From positions 1-29,073 of the forward strand of contig NJBF01000026.1 of NCBI GenBank assembly GCA_003144275.1: DNA of 29,073 nt, written 5' to 3'. The notes below the pieces were generated by a model. It was not told the origin of the DNA and did no database searches. It was given only the letters and a program-made list of their open reading frames with translations. Below, piece after piece: positions 8,117-17,807 of this stretch. A program made the translations under genes and the position numbers. How positions within the stretch are numbered: position 1 is the stretch's first letter; each line of letters opens with the position of its first letter. The stretch comes from Candidatus Heimdallarchaeota archaeon B3_Heim (lineage in GTDB: Archaea > Asgardarchaeota > Heimdallarchaeia > Hodarchaeales > Hodarchaeaceae).

Positions 8117-9277
8117 TCATCTTATCTTCCTTCGTTTCACAAGTAATCCACTTACTATAATCAGGATACAGAACCAGATATCTGGATAGGAAGTTTTTAC
8201 CGCTGTTGTTGAGGTAGTGACAGTTGAGCTACTAGTTGTTGTTGTTACAGCCATTATATTCTCTGTTGTGTTAAAAATTAGTAATCCAATATTCCTGTCG
8301 GCTACAAATAAGATCTCGTTCTGTTTAAAGATATCATTTGTTCCACAATTTTCATAGCTATACTGTATTATTTCCTGAGGATTGGTTACGCTGCTCACAT
8401 TAATTAATTGAATTCCATTACTTATATCCGATATGTACGCTACGTTATTTATCACATGGATAGAATAATACTCGTTGTTCTCATTCGTTAATTCCGTGAC
8501 AACGGTGATATTCGTGGGATCACTTACATTCAAAATTTTTAAGCCATATTGATAATAAACTGCATACGCATACTATTCTATAATATCAAAGCTCACTAAG
8601 TAAATATCGGGATTTTCAGGATCCTCATATTTTCCTAGATAGACGGGGTCTGTTCTATTTGTAATATCAAATATTAACAATCCTTCCATTGAACTAGCTG
8701 CATATAATCGTTGGTTCACCTGCTTCAGATCAGTAATATCATCATCTGTTAAAATAGTTTTAATGTGGACTGGATTTGCTATCTTACTTATGTTAGTAAC
8801 TGTAATACTTTCTTGGGGTTGGATATGCCCATTTCCTGCATAAATGATATCCTCTATTAGCTGTATATCCCATGAGTAGTCATGGTCATATTCCGTGATT
8901 ACTCTTGGGTCTTCTGGGTTGGTACAATTTATTATCCATATTCCTCCATAACCATTTCCAATGAACACCATATTATCTTCGAGGATGAATTGATGAGCAT
9001 ACCCATTGGCTGATTGCGAAATGTGTGCTACTTGATATGGGGCCGATAGATTGCTAATATCAAAGATTCTGAAACCGCTATATCCACAACTTAAGTAACA
9101 ATATGATCCTTCTACTTTGACCGTATAGGCATCCCCTCCTGTACTCCTTCTGGCTAGTTCTATAAATTCTCCATCTTGAGATGTTTCCATCCTTGCCCCA
9201 TGTATCACATAACCATTCACTAATACTAAGTATATGAAAAGAAAAATGCTGATAGACTTTTTTCCCATTTTTCTCAC
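8117..9277 (-). pseudogene. Secreted LVIVD-repeat (beta-propeller) protein with C-terminal membrane anchor, interrupted by one in-frame TAG at 8573-8575 (nonsense mutation, sequence error or readthrough)
   Basis: ORFs 8573-9277 and 8117-8533 are in the same frame, joined by ...SFDIIE*YAYAVYYQYGLKILNVSDP, a perfect LVIVD repeat. Signal peptide at the N-terminus; Thr-rich linker, TM and RRKIR tail at the C-terminus. Confidence 0.85.
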
Positions 9278-9559
9278 TTCTGTAATCTTCCAGCTAGATT
9301 GCTGAGAATATTTTCAACACTTTTAACTCTTTAATACTTATCTTTGAAGGCAGGATCTAGCTTACTTCTTCCTTTCTTAATTTTCTTGTTAGCTATCGTA
9401 AGGAGTCACATAGCGTGTGTTTGCATTGAAACCAGAACTTTTCACTAATTGTCAGACGATTTTGATCTCGTTTCTATTTGTTTATTCTCTTCTAGTTTAA
9501 AATGGAAAATTCCCCCTCTAACTGTGGCTTGAAATGAAAAGTCCCCAGAAACTAGTATA

Positions 9560-9698
9560 GATACTTCTTTATTCTTAGATTCTGTATCTCTGGTAATTCC
9601 TTTTCAGTTGTATGAAGTACAAGTTTTTCATTTAATGCATATGCAATTACTAGACAATCAAAGTACGACAGGATCCGCCTATATTTACATTTTAATCA
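9560..9698 (-). pseudogene. C-terminal fragment of a PIN-domain (VapC-like) gene
   Basis: Hand translation: LKCKYRRILSYFDCLVIAYALNEKLVLHTTEK, frameshifting into ELPEIQNLRIK. Resembles the LSxxDxxxxAxA...LxT PIN motif. No start codon or N-terminal half. Confidence 0.5.
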
Positions 9699-9712
9699 TT
9701 AAGAGGGGATGT

Positions 9713-10513
9713 TCAGCGTTTCCTACGATAGATGACAAGTACGAAACCAATGACTCCTAGAATTTCCACTATCCCAAGAAAACTCGAAATCTTGGGAAAG
9801 GTCGTCGTCGTTGAATCTTGGGAAATAGACGATAAATTCGAAGTGCTCTCCGCTGATGTTTCTGTTGATTCTACTGTTGTTGGGGGTAAAGCTGTAGCTA
9901 CAGCAACCATTCCTGCCTCTGATAGAATAGTTTGATTTGCAGCTGTCCTGATTTGATATAAACTCACCATCCACCCGGAAAATCCATCATATATATATTC
10001 AAAGTAAGAGGTATCACCTAGATCAGGATAATCATAAGCCTGTTGCCTGAATATGTGAAAATTCTCTTCGTAGGTATAATTCCAATTTGAATTTGCACTG
10101 AATAGCTCTTGAATTAAGGATTTATTGGTTGTTGTCATAAATAAGGGTAGTCTGAGTTCAGATCTTGGAACTGTGTAATTTTCCTCCGTATGAATTGGTC
10201 CATCTGGAGTGTAGATAACCTCATCAAAAATATATTCATGTGGTTGTACATCAATTAATGTATAATTCATTCTATCCCCTACAGCGTACAATGTTATGAT
10301 AGGGGTCATTATGGTAATCTCTAAGCAAATTGAATCATTATATGACATGCCGATCTCAAAAAAGTCAGGATTTACTGATGCAATGAAAGAATCAGGAAGT
10401 TCCATCATATTTGCTGTCTGCACTAATGCTTGAGTTGTAGAAATGTTTAGAACCAATAGGAGCGTAAAAATTGTGAGGCTAATGCCCAAGATGCGTTTAT
10501 TTTTGTTAATCAT
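9713..10513 (-). CDS. Secreted, C-terminally anchored surface protein of unknown function
   Basis: N-terminal KNKR plus hydrophobic signal; C-terminal S/T-rich linker, FPKI, TM helix and RRKR tail. Confidence 0.85.
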   Translation of the reverse strand: MINKNKRILGISLTIFTLLLVLNISTTQALVQTANMMELPDSFIASVNPDFFEIGMSYNDSICLEITIMTPIITLYAVGDRMNYTLIDVQPHEYIFDEVIYTPDGPIHTEENYTVPRSELRLPLFMTTTNKSLIQELFSANSNWNYTYEENFHIFRQQAYDYPDLGDTSYFEYIYDGFSGWMVSLYQIRTAANQTILSEAGMVAVATALPPTTVESTETSAESTSNLSSISQDSTTTTFPKISSFLGIVEILGVIGFVLVIYRRKR

Positions 10514-10590
10514 ATATTTCCCTCTTTGAACTGTATTTTATTTCAGAGTATTTGGTCTATAAAAAATTTATGAATTCTGAGACCCTCGTG

Positions 10591-10625
10591 AAATGGGAGC
10601 ATGGTCAGTTCTGTCGTGTTTTTCT
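10591..10625 (+). repeat. Degenerate copy 4 of the dispersed repeat core
   Basis: aaatgggagcatggtcagttctgtcgtgtt versus aaatgtggaaatggtcagtcctctcgttta in copy 2. Confidence 0.55.
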
Positions 10626-11149
10626 AGGTAGTTTGACCTACTAGCTGTGAGGATTTGTAGAAGTGTTCTATTACTGATCAATAAAGTGCTTTTACGAGCC
10701 AGCATTTTTATTTAAAAACGAATGAAGGAGGGCTGACTAAATCCAAGGTTCTTATCCATTTAAAGGACTGAATTACTGTTATTTCGGTGGGAGAATACGA
10801 TAATTTGTTCCGTATCTTAGAATAAACGGATATGAATAAAGAAAAATATTTACTGAAGATTGAAAGTTTCCTTTCACAGAAATGTTAGAAATATGTTTTT
10901 TGATTGTTTTATTGGTATCTTTTGGTTCAGGGATATCCTTGCCAAATTTGAATTCATTTTCTCTTAATTTTCTTTTTCTACTGTTGGCTTTCGTTACCTC
11001 CATGTAATACTGGTCCAAAGGTCTATATAAAAGCTTCCACTTCATATCACAAGTGGTGTTCTTTTTGGAGTGATATTCCTTACTTTCGTGAAATGGATGC
11101 TACAAATAGTCTCAAATTATAAGAATTTCTTTTTCATTCTGTGTTTCAA

Positions 11150-11176
11150 GATTAAATTTGTCAGACAAATTTGATC
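11150..11176. promoter_or_regulatory. Near-perfect 13-1-13 palindrome, candidate operator
   Basis: gattaaatttgtc-a-gacaaatttgatc; arms are 12/13 complementary and the inner 9 bp are perfect. Confidence 0.45.
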
Positions 11177-11265
11177 ATGTATAGTTTGTTAAAAATGAGA
11201 CGATGAGTTAATTTCTCAGTCAATTATAATCGAATGGAATAAAAAAAAAGAAGGATCAAGGAAAG

Positions 11266-11499
11266 TTATTTCTTACCTTCCATTCCATGAAAGCAGAACC
11301 AGCCCCCTTCAAGTTCATTTTTGACGTAGATAGGACAATCGAAACAATTACATCCTTTATCGACAAGTTTATCTTCAGGAATCGCAGATTTCCCTCTAGC
11401 ACAGAAAAGAGCATGAGGTTTAGTTCCTCGAAGATTATTCTCCTTGAAGGTGGGACAGGTTCCACAGTAATCTTTACAGATACCCATTAATGTTGGCAT
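11266..11499 (-). CDS. Small Cys-rich protein, DUF2769-like
   Basis: CGTCPTF...LFCARGKS...GCNCFDCPIY...FC pattern typical of archaeal DUF2769 proteins. Confidence 0.75.
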   Translation of the reverse strand: MPTLMGICKDYCGTCPTFKENNLRGTKPHALFCARGKSAIPEDKLVDKGCNCFDCPIYVKNELEGGWFCFHGMEGKK

Positions 11500-11687
11500 T
11501 TAGGTCTCACCAATAAAATAGGATAAGTCGTCTGTATTTATTTTTTATCTTTATTATAGTTATTTTTTAGCTTAAGCATTTACAGGTCTTGCCTAGGTAA
11601 TGTAGTTTTACCATAAACTTTCTATTTCATCCTGGTAATTCCTGATTACCACATTCATCGATTTCTATGAATTTTACTCCTGAACCT

Positions 11688-14600
11688 TCAAATGAATCTT
11701 TTACGCCTTATTAAGAGAAAGGAACTAATAAAGATAAGAAGAGTTACTCCAAAAAGAACATTCTGCCCATTTAATCCTGGAAACACAGGAGGAACGGAAG
11801 AAGTATCAATTATCTGATCAAACTGATCTACCCTATATGTATTAGTAATAAATGCACCATATTGATACGAAATCAATTCTCCTGAGGCTGACCCCTCCAA
11901 TATTGCTACATAACTAACATCAACATACATTTGTTCAGATCCTGCAAAATTGAGAGGTAATCGTGAGGCACTGATATTCACATCAATAAAGTATTCTCCT
12001 TCTTCCCAAGAGCCAGCCACCGTTTCTCTAAAATAGGTCCAAGCTGGAGCAGCATACATATTAAGATTCAAGGTATAATATCCATATTGTAAAACAGCTA
12101 CTCTGACCCATATTGTCAATATCTCATATTTTCCATCTTGGTCAATATCCACTCCCTGATCATAGTAATTAGACTTCAAATATGCTCCAGGAGGATCAAA
12201 CTCTCCATAAGAATATACTCGGGTAGTATATTCCCTAGTTAATCGGTCTACGATATTATCATTGTAGTTTAGCAAAGAAAAATGACCTAAAGTTATTGTT
12301 AAATCATCGAAATACGTATAGAGCAATTTCGTACTGATTGTGATAGTAATATTTGCGAGGCCTTCATCAAACTGCTGGCCAAAATAATCTCCCTCATTAT
12401 AATACCAGTCAGTCGAGTATAATTGATACTCATAGGAGTAGTAACTAGGTTGTGTTACGTTGACTTCAATCTCATAGAGGATCAAATCTAAGTGATCATC
12501 AGAATCAGTATCCTCTTCAATTTCCCAGATATTTCCTGTTAAAATTATGCCCGGAGGATCAAATTCATTATATTTATAGACTCGTGTTATCAAAGGAGAT
12601 GGTTGTCGGAACACTTCCTCCCAATCCTCCGTATCAGAAATAGTAAGGTGGTAAATGACAAAGGCAGTATCCAAACGTAAGGAGTAGGGAAGTGTAACAT
12701 ACATTTGTAATGTAATATTCTGAATCCCCAAATTCAATGTTTGATGGAAATTTACCCACCTGTTGGAATCCCAGACTGGAATTAATGGTTCCAATCCAAC
12801 GTCAAAGGAATAAACTCCTGGTTGGGTCACATTTATTTCAACCTCGAGTATAAGGTCATCAATTTTACCATTTCCGTCTAAATCTTCTCCATAATCGTAA
12901 TAATTCCCTGTTAAATAGACTGCAGGGGGTTGGAATTTGGAATTCTGATAACTTCGGGTTGTATAAGGGGAAAAGGCTCGATCGACAGTATCCCAGTTAT
13001 TGTCCCGGATCTCAAAAGTTTCGATAAAAAAATCAGTATGATTGTCCGTTGCGTAAAACCTAGACATATCAAAATAAAAAGTAACATTATTGATATTTTT
13101 TCCCAACGCCATATTTATGTCTTGATCCTGATCCCAGGCAATACTTGAATTTAATGCCTTTAATCGTATATAAAACATGTAATCACCAATTTGAGAAGAA
13201 TTAACCTCACAAGTTAGTGCCAGTAGCTCATAGATGTCTTCTGAGGCCCCCTCCACACCAAAATCCCAGAACCTACCTGTGAAATACACAGCTGGCTTCT
13301 CGAACTCTGTATACTGATATTCCTGTGTAGTGTAGGGAAGCTCAATTCGAATATTGACCCCAAAATCCATTGTAAATTCTAGATATTCAATTCTAAAAGA
13401 CGTATTCCTGCGAATAGAATAGTATCTATCTGTATCGATAGCAATCGTTACATTTTGTACCCCTATTGTTACAAAAGTGCTCATTTCGTAAAAATATTGA
13501 GTCCAACATTGATCAGTTCCAGTTGTGGGTTGGAGTTCAAGGCTATATCCAAACGAACCCGTGTGAGTTACATTAACTTCAATTGTAATGATAAGCTGAT
13601 CAAATAAACCGTTCGAGTTGGAATCGTGCCCTTCATCCCAATAATTTCCTGTAGCAAATATTTGTGGATAATCAAACTCTGTATAGGAATATTCTCGAGT
13701 GGTATAAGGCCTAGGTACAAGTTGTTGTATCTCCCACTGATCATCAAGAATAGTTAGGTCTTGAGTTACGAATGGAGTGGTACTAAACATGTTGTAAAAG
13801 GGTGTTGCATCAAATATTATTGAAATGTTTGCAATCCCAACGCTCCAGTACTTATACAAATCTTGATTATATGAAAGAAATGAATCTTGGGAGGAATTGG
13901 GTGCTAAATCAAGAATTATGGTGTAATATCCTGCACGAGTACAATTAACTTCTATTATGATTTCAAGCTGATTGTAGAGCTCATTAGAATCAGTATCTAG
14001 TCCATTATCCCAGTAATTCCCTGTCAACTCCATAGAGGGAGAAGCTAAATCCTCGTAAAAAACGGATGATGTATTATAAGCCTCTGTAAGAATGTGCTGG
14101 GGTTCTCCATATAAACTCAAATGCACATAATTCATTCTAATGTAGCCACTCTTTTTAGTTTTATAGAATTCTGACGCAGATAATTGAATTTCAAGAAAAT
14201 TATGGCCTGGTTGTAAATATCCACTCCAATGGCTGCTGATTTCGTATTGTGTATCGTGTTTATCGATAGAATGTTCAAAATAAGCGGCTATCTCATAGTA
14301 TCCATAGTCGGTTACCTCAGTTTGTATTCCGATTACGATCTCATCATAAAATGTGTCATCGTCGGTATCATTCCCATAATCCGAAAACCCAGTTATCATT
14401 GCTCTGGGTCGTTCAAACTGACTGTGATTATAAGATTGAAATTGAGTTTTATACATTAAAGAAAAATTTATTTCACTAATATCTATATACCCCCACCAGC
14501 CTGGGGTATATAATCCAGCTCGTAGGAAATACGGACCATCAGTACCGCTTGCGTGTATTGGTTGGCCTGGAAAGGATAGTGATACATATGTTTCCTCGTT

Positions 14601-14951
14601 GTCGTTCACAAAATTCGAGATTCCAAGTATATTTTCTTCTTCATCAAATAGAATCCCGTAAACTCCTATTCTCTCCTGCGGATTATAATATCCTATATCC
14701 ACAACAAGTCTATTGTACAAGCCATTTCGATCATCATCAACAGGATAATCTTGCCAAGTAGTATTTCTCGGAAAAGTGGATAATTCCTCCTGTACCGCCA
14801 AATTGGGTGAATTTATATGATTATTTTCTGAGCTCCGAGAGATATCAGTCAATTTATCATTTTTTGAGACCGAATCTCCTCCCATTTGACCGAATAATGA
14901 TGTTGATAAAATTAGAAGAAGGAGAAATTTCTTAATAGGCACTGTTTCCAC
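11688..14951 (-). CDS. Large cell-surface protein with eight tandem ~123-aa beta-rich repeats and a C-terminal anchor
   Basis: Signal peptide; repeat consensus TGNYxDxGxDxDxxxxxDxLxIxIEVNVT...G..NITI...PYTTRxYxYxEFxxP; FPGL, TM and RRKR tail. Confidence 0.9.
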   Translation of the reverse strand: METVPIKKFLLLLILSTSLFGQMGGDSVSKNDKLTDISRSSENNHINSPNLAVQEELSTFPRNTTWQDYPVDDDRNGLYNRLVVDIGYYNPQERIGVYGILFDEEENILGISNFVNDNEETYVSLSFPGQPIHASGTDGPYFLRAGLYTPGWWGYIDISEINFSLMYKTQFQSYNHSQFERPRAMITGFSDYGNDTDDDTFYDEIVIGIQTEVTDYGYYEIAAYFEHSIDKHDTQYEISSHWSGYLQPGHNFLEIQLSASEFYKTKKSGYIRMNYVHLSLYGEPQHILTEAYNTSSVFYEDLASPSMELTGNYWDNGLDTDSNELYNQLEIIIEVNCTRAGYYTIILDLAPNSSQDSFLSYNQDLYKYWSVGIANISIIFDATPFYNMFSTTPFVTQDLTILDDQWEIQQLVPRPYTTREYSYTEFDYPQIFATGNYWDEGHDSNSNGLFDQLIITIEVNVTHTGSFGYSLELQPTTGTDQCWTQYFYEMSTFVTIGVQNVTIAIDTDRYYSIRRNTSFRIEYLEFTMDFGVNIRIELPYTTQEYQYTEFEKPAVYFTGRFWDFGVEGASEDIYELLALTCEVNSSQIGDYMFYIRLKALNSSIAWDQDQDINMALGKNINNVTFYFDMSRFYATDNHTDFFIETFEIRDNNWDTVDRAFSPYTTRSYQNSKFQPPAVYLTGNYYDYGEDLDGNGKIDDLILEVEINVTQPGVYSFDVGLEPLIPVWDSNRWVNFHQTLNLGIQNITLQMYVTLPYSLRLDTAFVIYHLTISDTEDWEEVFRQPSPLITRVYKYNEFDPPGIILTGNIWEIEEDTDSDDHLDLILYEIEVNVTQPSYYSYEYQLYSTDWYYNEGDYFGQQFDEGLANITITISTKLLYTYFDDLTITLGHFSLLNYNDNIVDRLTREYTTRVYSYGEFDPPGAYLKSNYYDQGVDIDQDGKYEILTIWVRVAVLQYGYYTLNLNMYAAPAWTYFRETVAGSWEEGEYFIDVNISASRLPLNFAGSEQMYVDVSYVAILEGSASGELISYQYGAFITNTYRVDQFDQIIDTSSVPPVFPGLNGQNVLFGVTLLIFISSFLLIRRKRFI

Positions 14952-15112
14952 CTTGATCTTGATATTTATTTAATAAGCTATTAAATGTGTAAACATATAT
15001 TAAAGTTATCTGAGCTCTTGTAAAATCATTATTCTCCGAGAGGGGTCTGTTCGAAACTTAAGCCTTTCAATCGGAAAATATTTATTGACGAGAATCTTCT
15101 CTAGAATGAATA

Positions 15113-16138
15113 ATGGAAATCACCAAAGGCTTGAAACAAGAAATAATAGAATGTCTTAGATTAGCACTTCCCTTTATAGGGGAAATTTCTGTCACCAACT
15201 TCCAGCGATTACTTGGAGCCGATACTGAAACATTTAGCTTCTCTTGTGTTAATAACGGTACAGAAATTCCATTAATACTCCGTCTATACAGAAAAGTCTC
15301 CGATCGTGCAGAAAATGAATATACCACATTACAAGCGCTTACTAATGCAGGTATATCAGTTCCTAAACCGTATATATGGAGGAAAACCTCTCAAACATTA
15401 TCACGTAGTTTTTTAATTATGGAAAAAATACCTGGGGAGTTGTTATCAGATTACATTTTGAAAACTGAATCAGACACCCAAAGAATGGAGGGTTTTCAGC
15501 TCTTTATTCAGGAAATGGTTAATGTTCACAAAATTGATTGGAAAATTAACTTCATTGATCAATCCTCTTTTAAAATGCCTGATATTGAGTCCAATCCATA
15601 TATATACATCGATAATCTCATTAAGTATCCCAAGAAGTTGATTAAGCTTCATAGCTTAAATGAATTGAGTCCTCTCATAGATTGGCTTGAGAAGAACAAA
15701 GTTAAGAGTGAAAATTTATCCCTACTGCATGGCGATTATCACATGAATAATATCATAATGACTCCACAAAAAAGATTAGTGGTAATTGATTGGGCCGATA
15801 TAAAAATAGGTGATTTTCGACATGATCTTGTTTTTGCAATTGTAGCCACGTCTTCTGCAGGGGTGGATGTCTCAGACACCTTCACTAACTTGTATCGAAC
15901 TAGTTCTAACAATAAGGTGAACCACATTGATTATTATATGATTTTATCCATTCTACATAATCTTTTACGGTGTTATAGTGCATTACTTGATCCCCAAATC
16001 ACAGGTGAAACTGAGACTACAAAACAAATGTTCTTTGTATCCTATATATCCTACACAAAATACCTGACACAGATTGTAAGAAGAATTACTGGCATCCATC
16101 TAACAACACTTGAGGAAGCACTTGCTACTGGAAAATGA
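15113..16138 (+). CDS. Aminoglycoside phosphotransferase (APH)/choline kinase family protein
   Basis: LILRLY, ENEY, VPKPY, FLIMEKIPG, Brenner motif LLHGDYHMNN and IDW. Confidence 0.9.
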   Translation: MEITKGLKQEIIECLRLALPFIGEISVTNFQRLLGADTETFSFSCVNNGTEIPLILRLYRKVSDRAENEYTTLQALTNAGISVPKPYIWRKTSQTLSRSFLIMEKIPGELLSDYILKTESDTQRMEGFQLFIQEMVNVHKIDWKINFIDQSSFKMPDIESNPYIYIDNLIKYPKKLIKLHSLNELSPLIDWLEKNKVKSENLSLLHGDYHMNNIIMTPQKRLVVIDWADIKIGDFRHDLVFAIVATSSAGVDVSDTFTNLYRTSSNNKVNHIDYYMILSILHNLLRCYSALLDPQITGETETTKQMFFVSYISYTKYLTQIVRRITGIHLTTLEEALATGK

Positions 16139-16153
16139 ACCATATTGATCTGA

Positions 16154-16182
16154 CACTCCCATCACTGTTTATTGAGGGAGTG
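16154..16182 (+). terminator. Stem-loop directly after the APH gene
   Basis: cactccc(a)tca / tga-gggagtg stem starting 16 nt after the stop; no long U tract, so the function is uncertain. Confidence 0.35.
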
Positions 16183-16249
16183 AAGAGATATTGGAGACTT
16201 GAGAGCCGCATTTTAGAAAGAATATCTAAACTACAGAATTATCAATGAA

Positions 16250-16852
16250 GTGACTGAAGGTGATCCGTCAGTCAAATATAATGAATTTTATCTGACACTT
16301 CACAATATGTTTGTCCTAATAGCTGGACTTCCAGGTACAGGGAAGACATTCCTGGCAAAAAACCTTCTTTCCTCGTTTTTTTCTGGATTTATCTATCTCA
16401 GTACTGATGAAGTGAGACGTCTTTACTTTGGTCTATCTGAACACCAATATATGGATTTTAATCAGAAAATCTATTCCCAGGATAAACGAGATATAGTCTA
16501 TAATGTCATAAATTTAATGGTAGACATTTTGCTAGCGCAAGGCTTTTCTGTTGTCGTGGAGGGGACTTTTTATCGTCAAGAGAAAAGGGAAAAGCTGCTT
16601 GATATTTGTAACCGTTTGAGTCATCAATACATAATTATTAAAACGATTTTTCCAGACGAATTGATGGAAGCTCGACTTCAGAATAGAGAGCGCTCCGATA
16701 ATAATGTCAGTGACGCTAGATATCAAATATATTTAGCATTGAAAGAACGTTTCGAGACAATTGTGCAACCACACCTTATTATTGATACTCAACAATCCAT
16801 AACATCTTGTATTGAGGAAGTGAAGAAATACTACGACGAAATTCCATCCTGA
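16250..16852 (+). CDS. P-loop kinase, AAA_33/COG0645 (gluconate kinase-like); likely start ATG 16307
   Basis: Walker A GLPGTGKT, STDEVR, VVVEGTFY, lid RLQNR...SDA. Confidence 0.88.
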   Translation: MTEGDPSVKYNEFYLTLHNMFVLIAGLPGTGKTFLAKNLLSSFFSGFIYLSTDEVRRLYFGLSEHQYMDFNQKIYSQDKRDIVYNVINLMVDILLAQGFSVVVEGTFYRQEKREKLLDICNRLSHQYIIIKTIFPDELMEARLQNRERSDNNVSDARYQIYLALKERFETIVQPHLIIDTQQSITSCIEEVKKYYDEIPS

Positions 16853-16853
16853 A

Positions 16854-17807
16854 ATGCTTTTGAATCCTTCCGCATATGATTACTCCGTGGAAAATGTAGA
16901 ACTACGAGAAACTCATATTTCTTGGGTCTTTCTAAGTGGTGATTTCGCGTACAAGGTGAAAAAACCAGTAAAATTTGGCGATATTCTAGATTTTTCAACC
17001 CTTGATTTGCGAAAGAAATTCTGTGAACGAGAAATTGCGTTAAATTCGAGATTTTCTCCTGATATTTACATAAATACATTTTATATTGATGATATGGGCC
17101 GAATCAATGGTTCAGGTACAATCATCGAGTATGGGGTGAAAATGAAGCGCTTACCTGAAGAATACCTCTTGGTCAACCTCCTAAAGGAAAAAAAGGTCAC
17201 CCTAGAATCCGTATCCAGGATTGCGGAAATTATTGCCACGTTTCATGCAAATACGACCAAAGTTCCCGAATATGGTGATTTAAAATTTATTGGTGAGAAA
17301 TGGGATGAGAATTTTCGTACAACGGCTACTTTCCGTTCTATTGACGAATCTTTCCGAGAAAAAGTTACATGTTTTTTACGAGGTAATCGGGGACTATTTC
17401 AAGAACGAATCAATGCCAATCGGATAACTGATAATCATGGTGATTTTCAATCCCGAAATATCTTCGTACTACCCAATCATGAGGTTCTGATATTTGATTG
17501 TATAGAATTCAGTTCCTTATTACGATATGGAGATGTAGCTGAGGATGTGGGCTTTCTTGCTATGGATTTAGATTTTTTAGATGCAAGAGAATTTTCTAGG
17601 CATTTTGTTGATATGTATGTCAAATTTAGTGGAGATGACTTAATCTTAGAAAACATTTCTTTTTTTAAATCATATCGTGCTTATGTTCGGGGTAAGGTGT
17701 ATGGTTTTCAGGCCTCTATGGAAGTTGATGACGGGAAGAAAGCGGAACTAATAGCGATGTCTGAGAAGTACTATACTCTCGCCTATCAATATTCAGAAAA
17801 CTGGTAG
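16854..17807 (+). CDS. APH-fold phosphotransferase, COG2187-like
   Basis: ETHISWVFL.G..AYKVKKPV.F..LDFSTL..R...C..E..LN.R, HGD, FDCIEF...RYGDVA.D..FL.MDL and YRAYVRGKV. Confidence 0.88.
   Translation: MLLNPSAYDYSVENVELRETHISWVFLSGDFAYKVKKPVKFGDILDFSTLDLRKKFCEREIALNSRFSPDIYINTFYIDDMGRINGSGTIIEYGVKMKRLPEEYLLVNLLKEKKVTLESVSRIAEIIATFHANTTKVPEYGDLKFIGEKWDENFRTTATFRSIDESFREKVTCFLRGNRGLFQERINANRITDNHGDFQSRNIFVLPNHEVLIFDCIEFSSLLRYGDVAEDVGFLAMDLDFLDAREFSRHFVDMYVKFSGDDLILENISFFKSYRAYVRGKVYGFQASMEVDDGKKAELIAMSEKYYTLAYQYSENW

Noticed and set aside
8195-8255. Short gtt/gta-type trinucleotide repeats
   Set aside because: They simply encode the Thr/Ser-rich linker of the surface protein.
7919-8575. Genome-wide amber (TAG) recoding suggested by two nearby in-frame TAGs
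   Set aside because: TAG terminates several genes at their natural ends (2895, 17807, 19364, 19690, 24619), and the 7919 TAG lies in a fragment that is also frameshifted and truncated.
10779-11045. 88-aa Lys-rich ORF on the minus strand as a real gene or transposase remnant
   Set aside because: No motif. The plus strand reads as a stop-riddled hydrophobic sequence (vaguely PAP2-like), so the ORF is probably the antisense shadow of a decayed membrane-protein gene; neither reading is strong enough to call.
11570-11680. Possible second PIN/VapC C-terminal remnant (ELPG*NRKFMVKLHY) on the minus strand
   Set aside because: Similarity is limited to a few residues and includes a stop; not distinguishable from chance.
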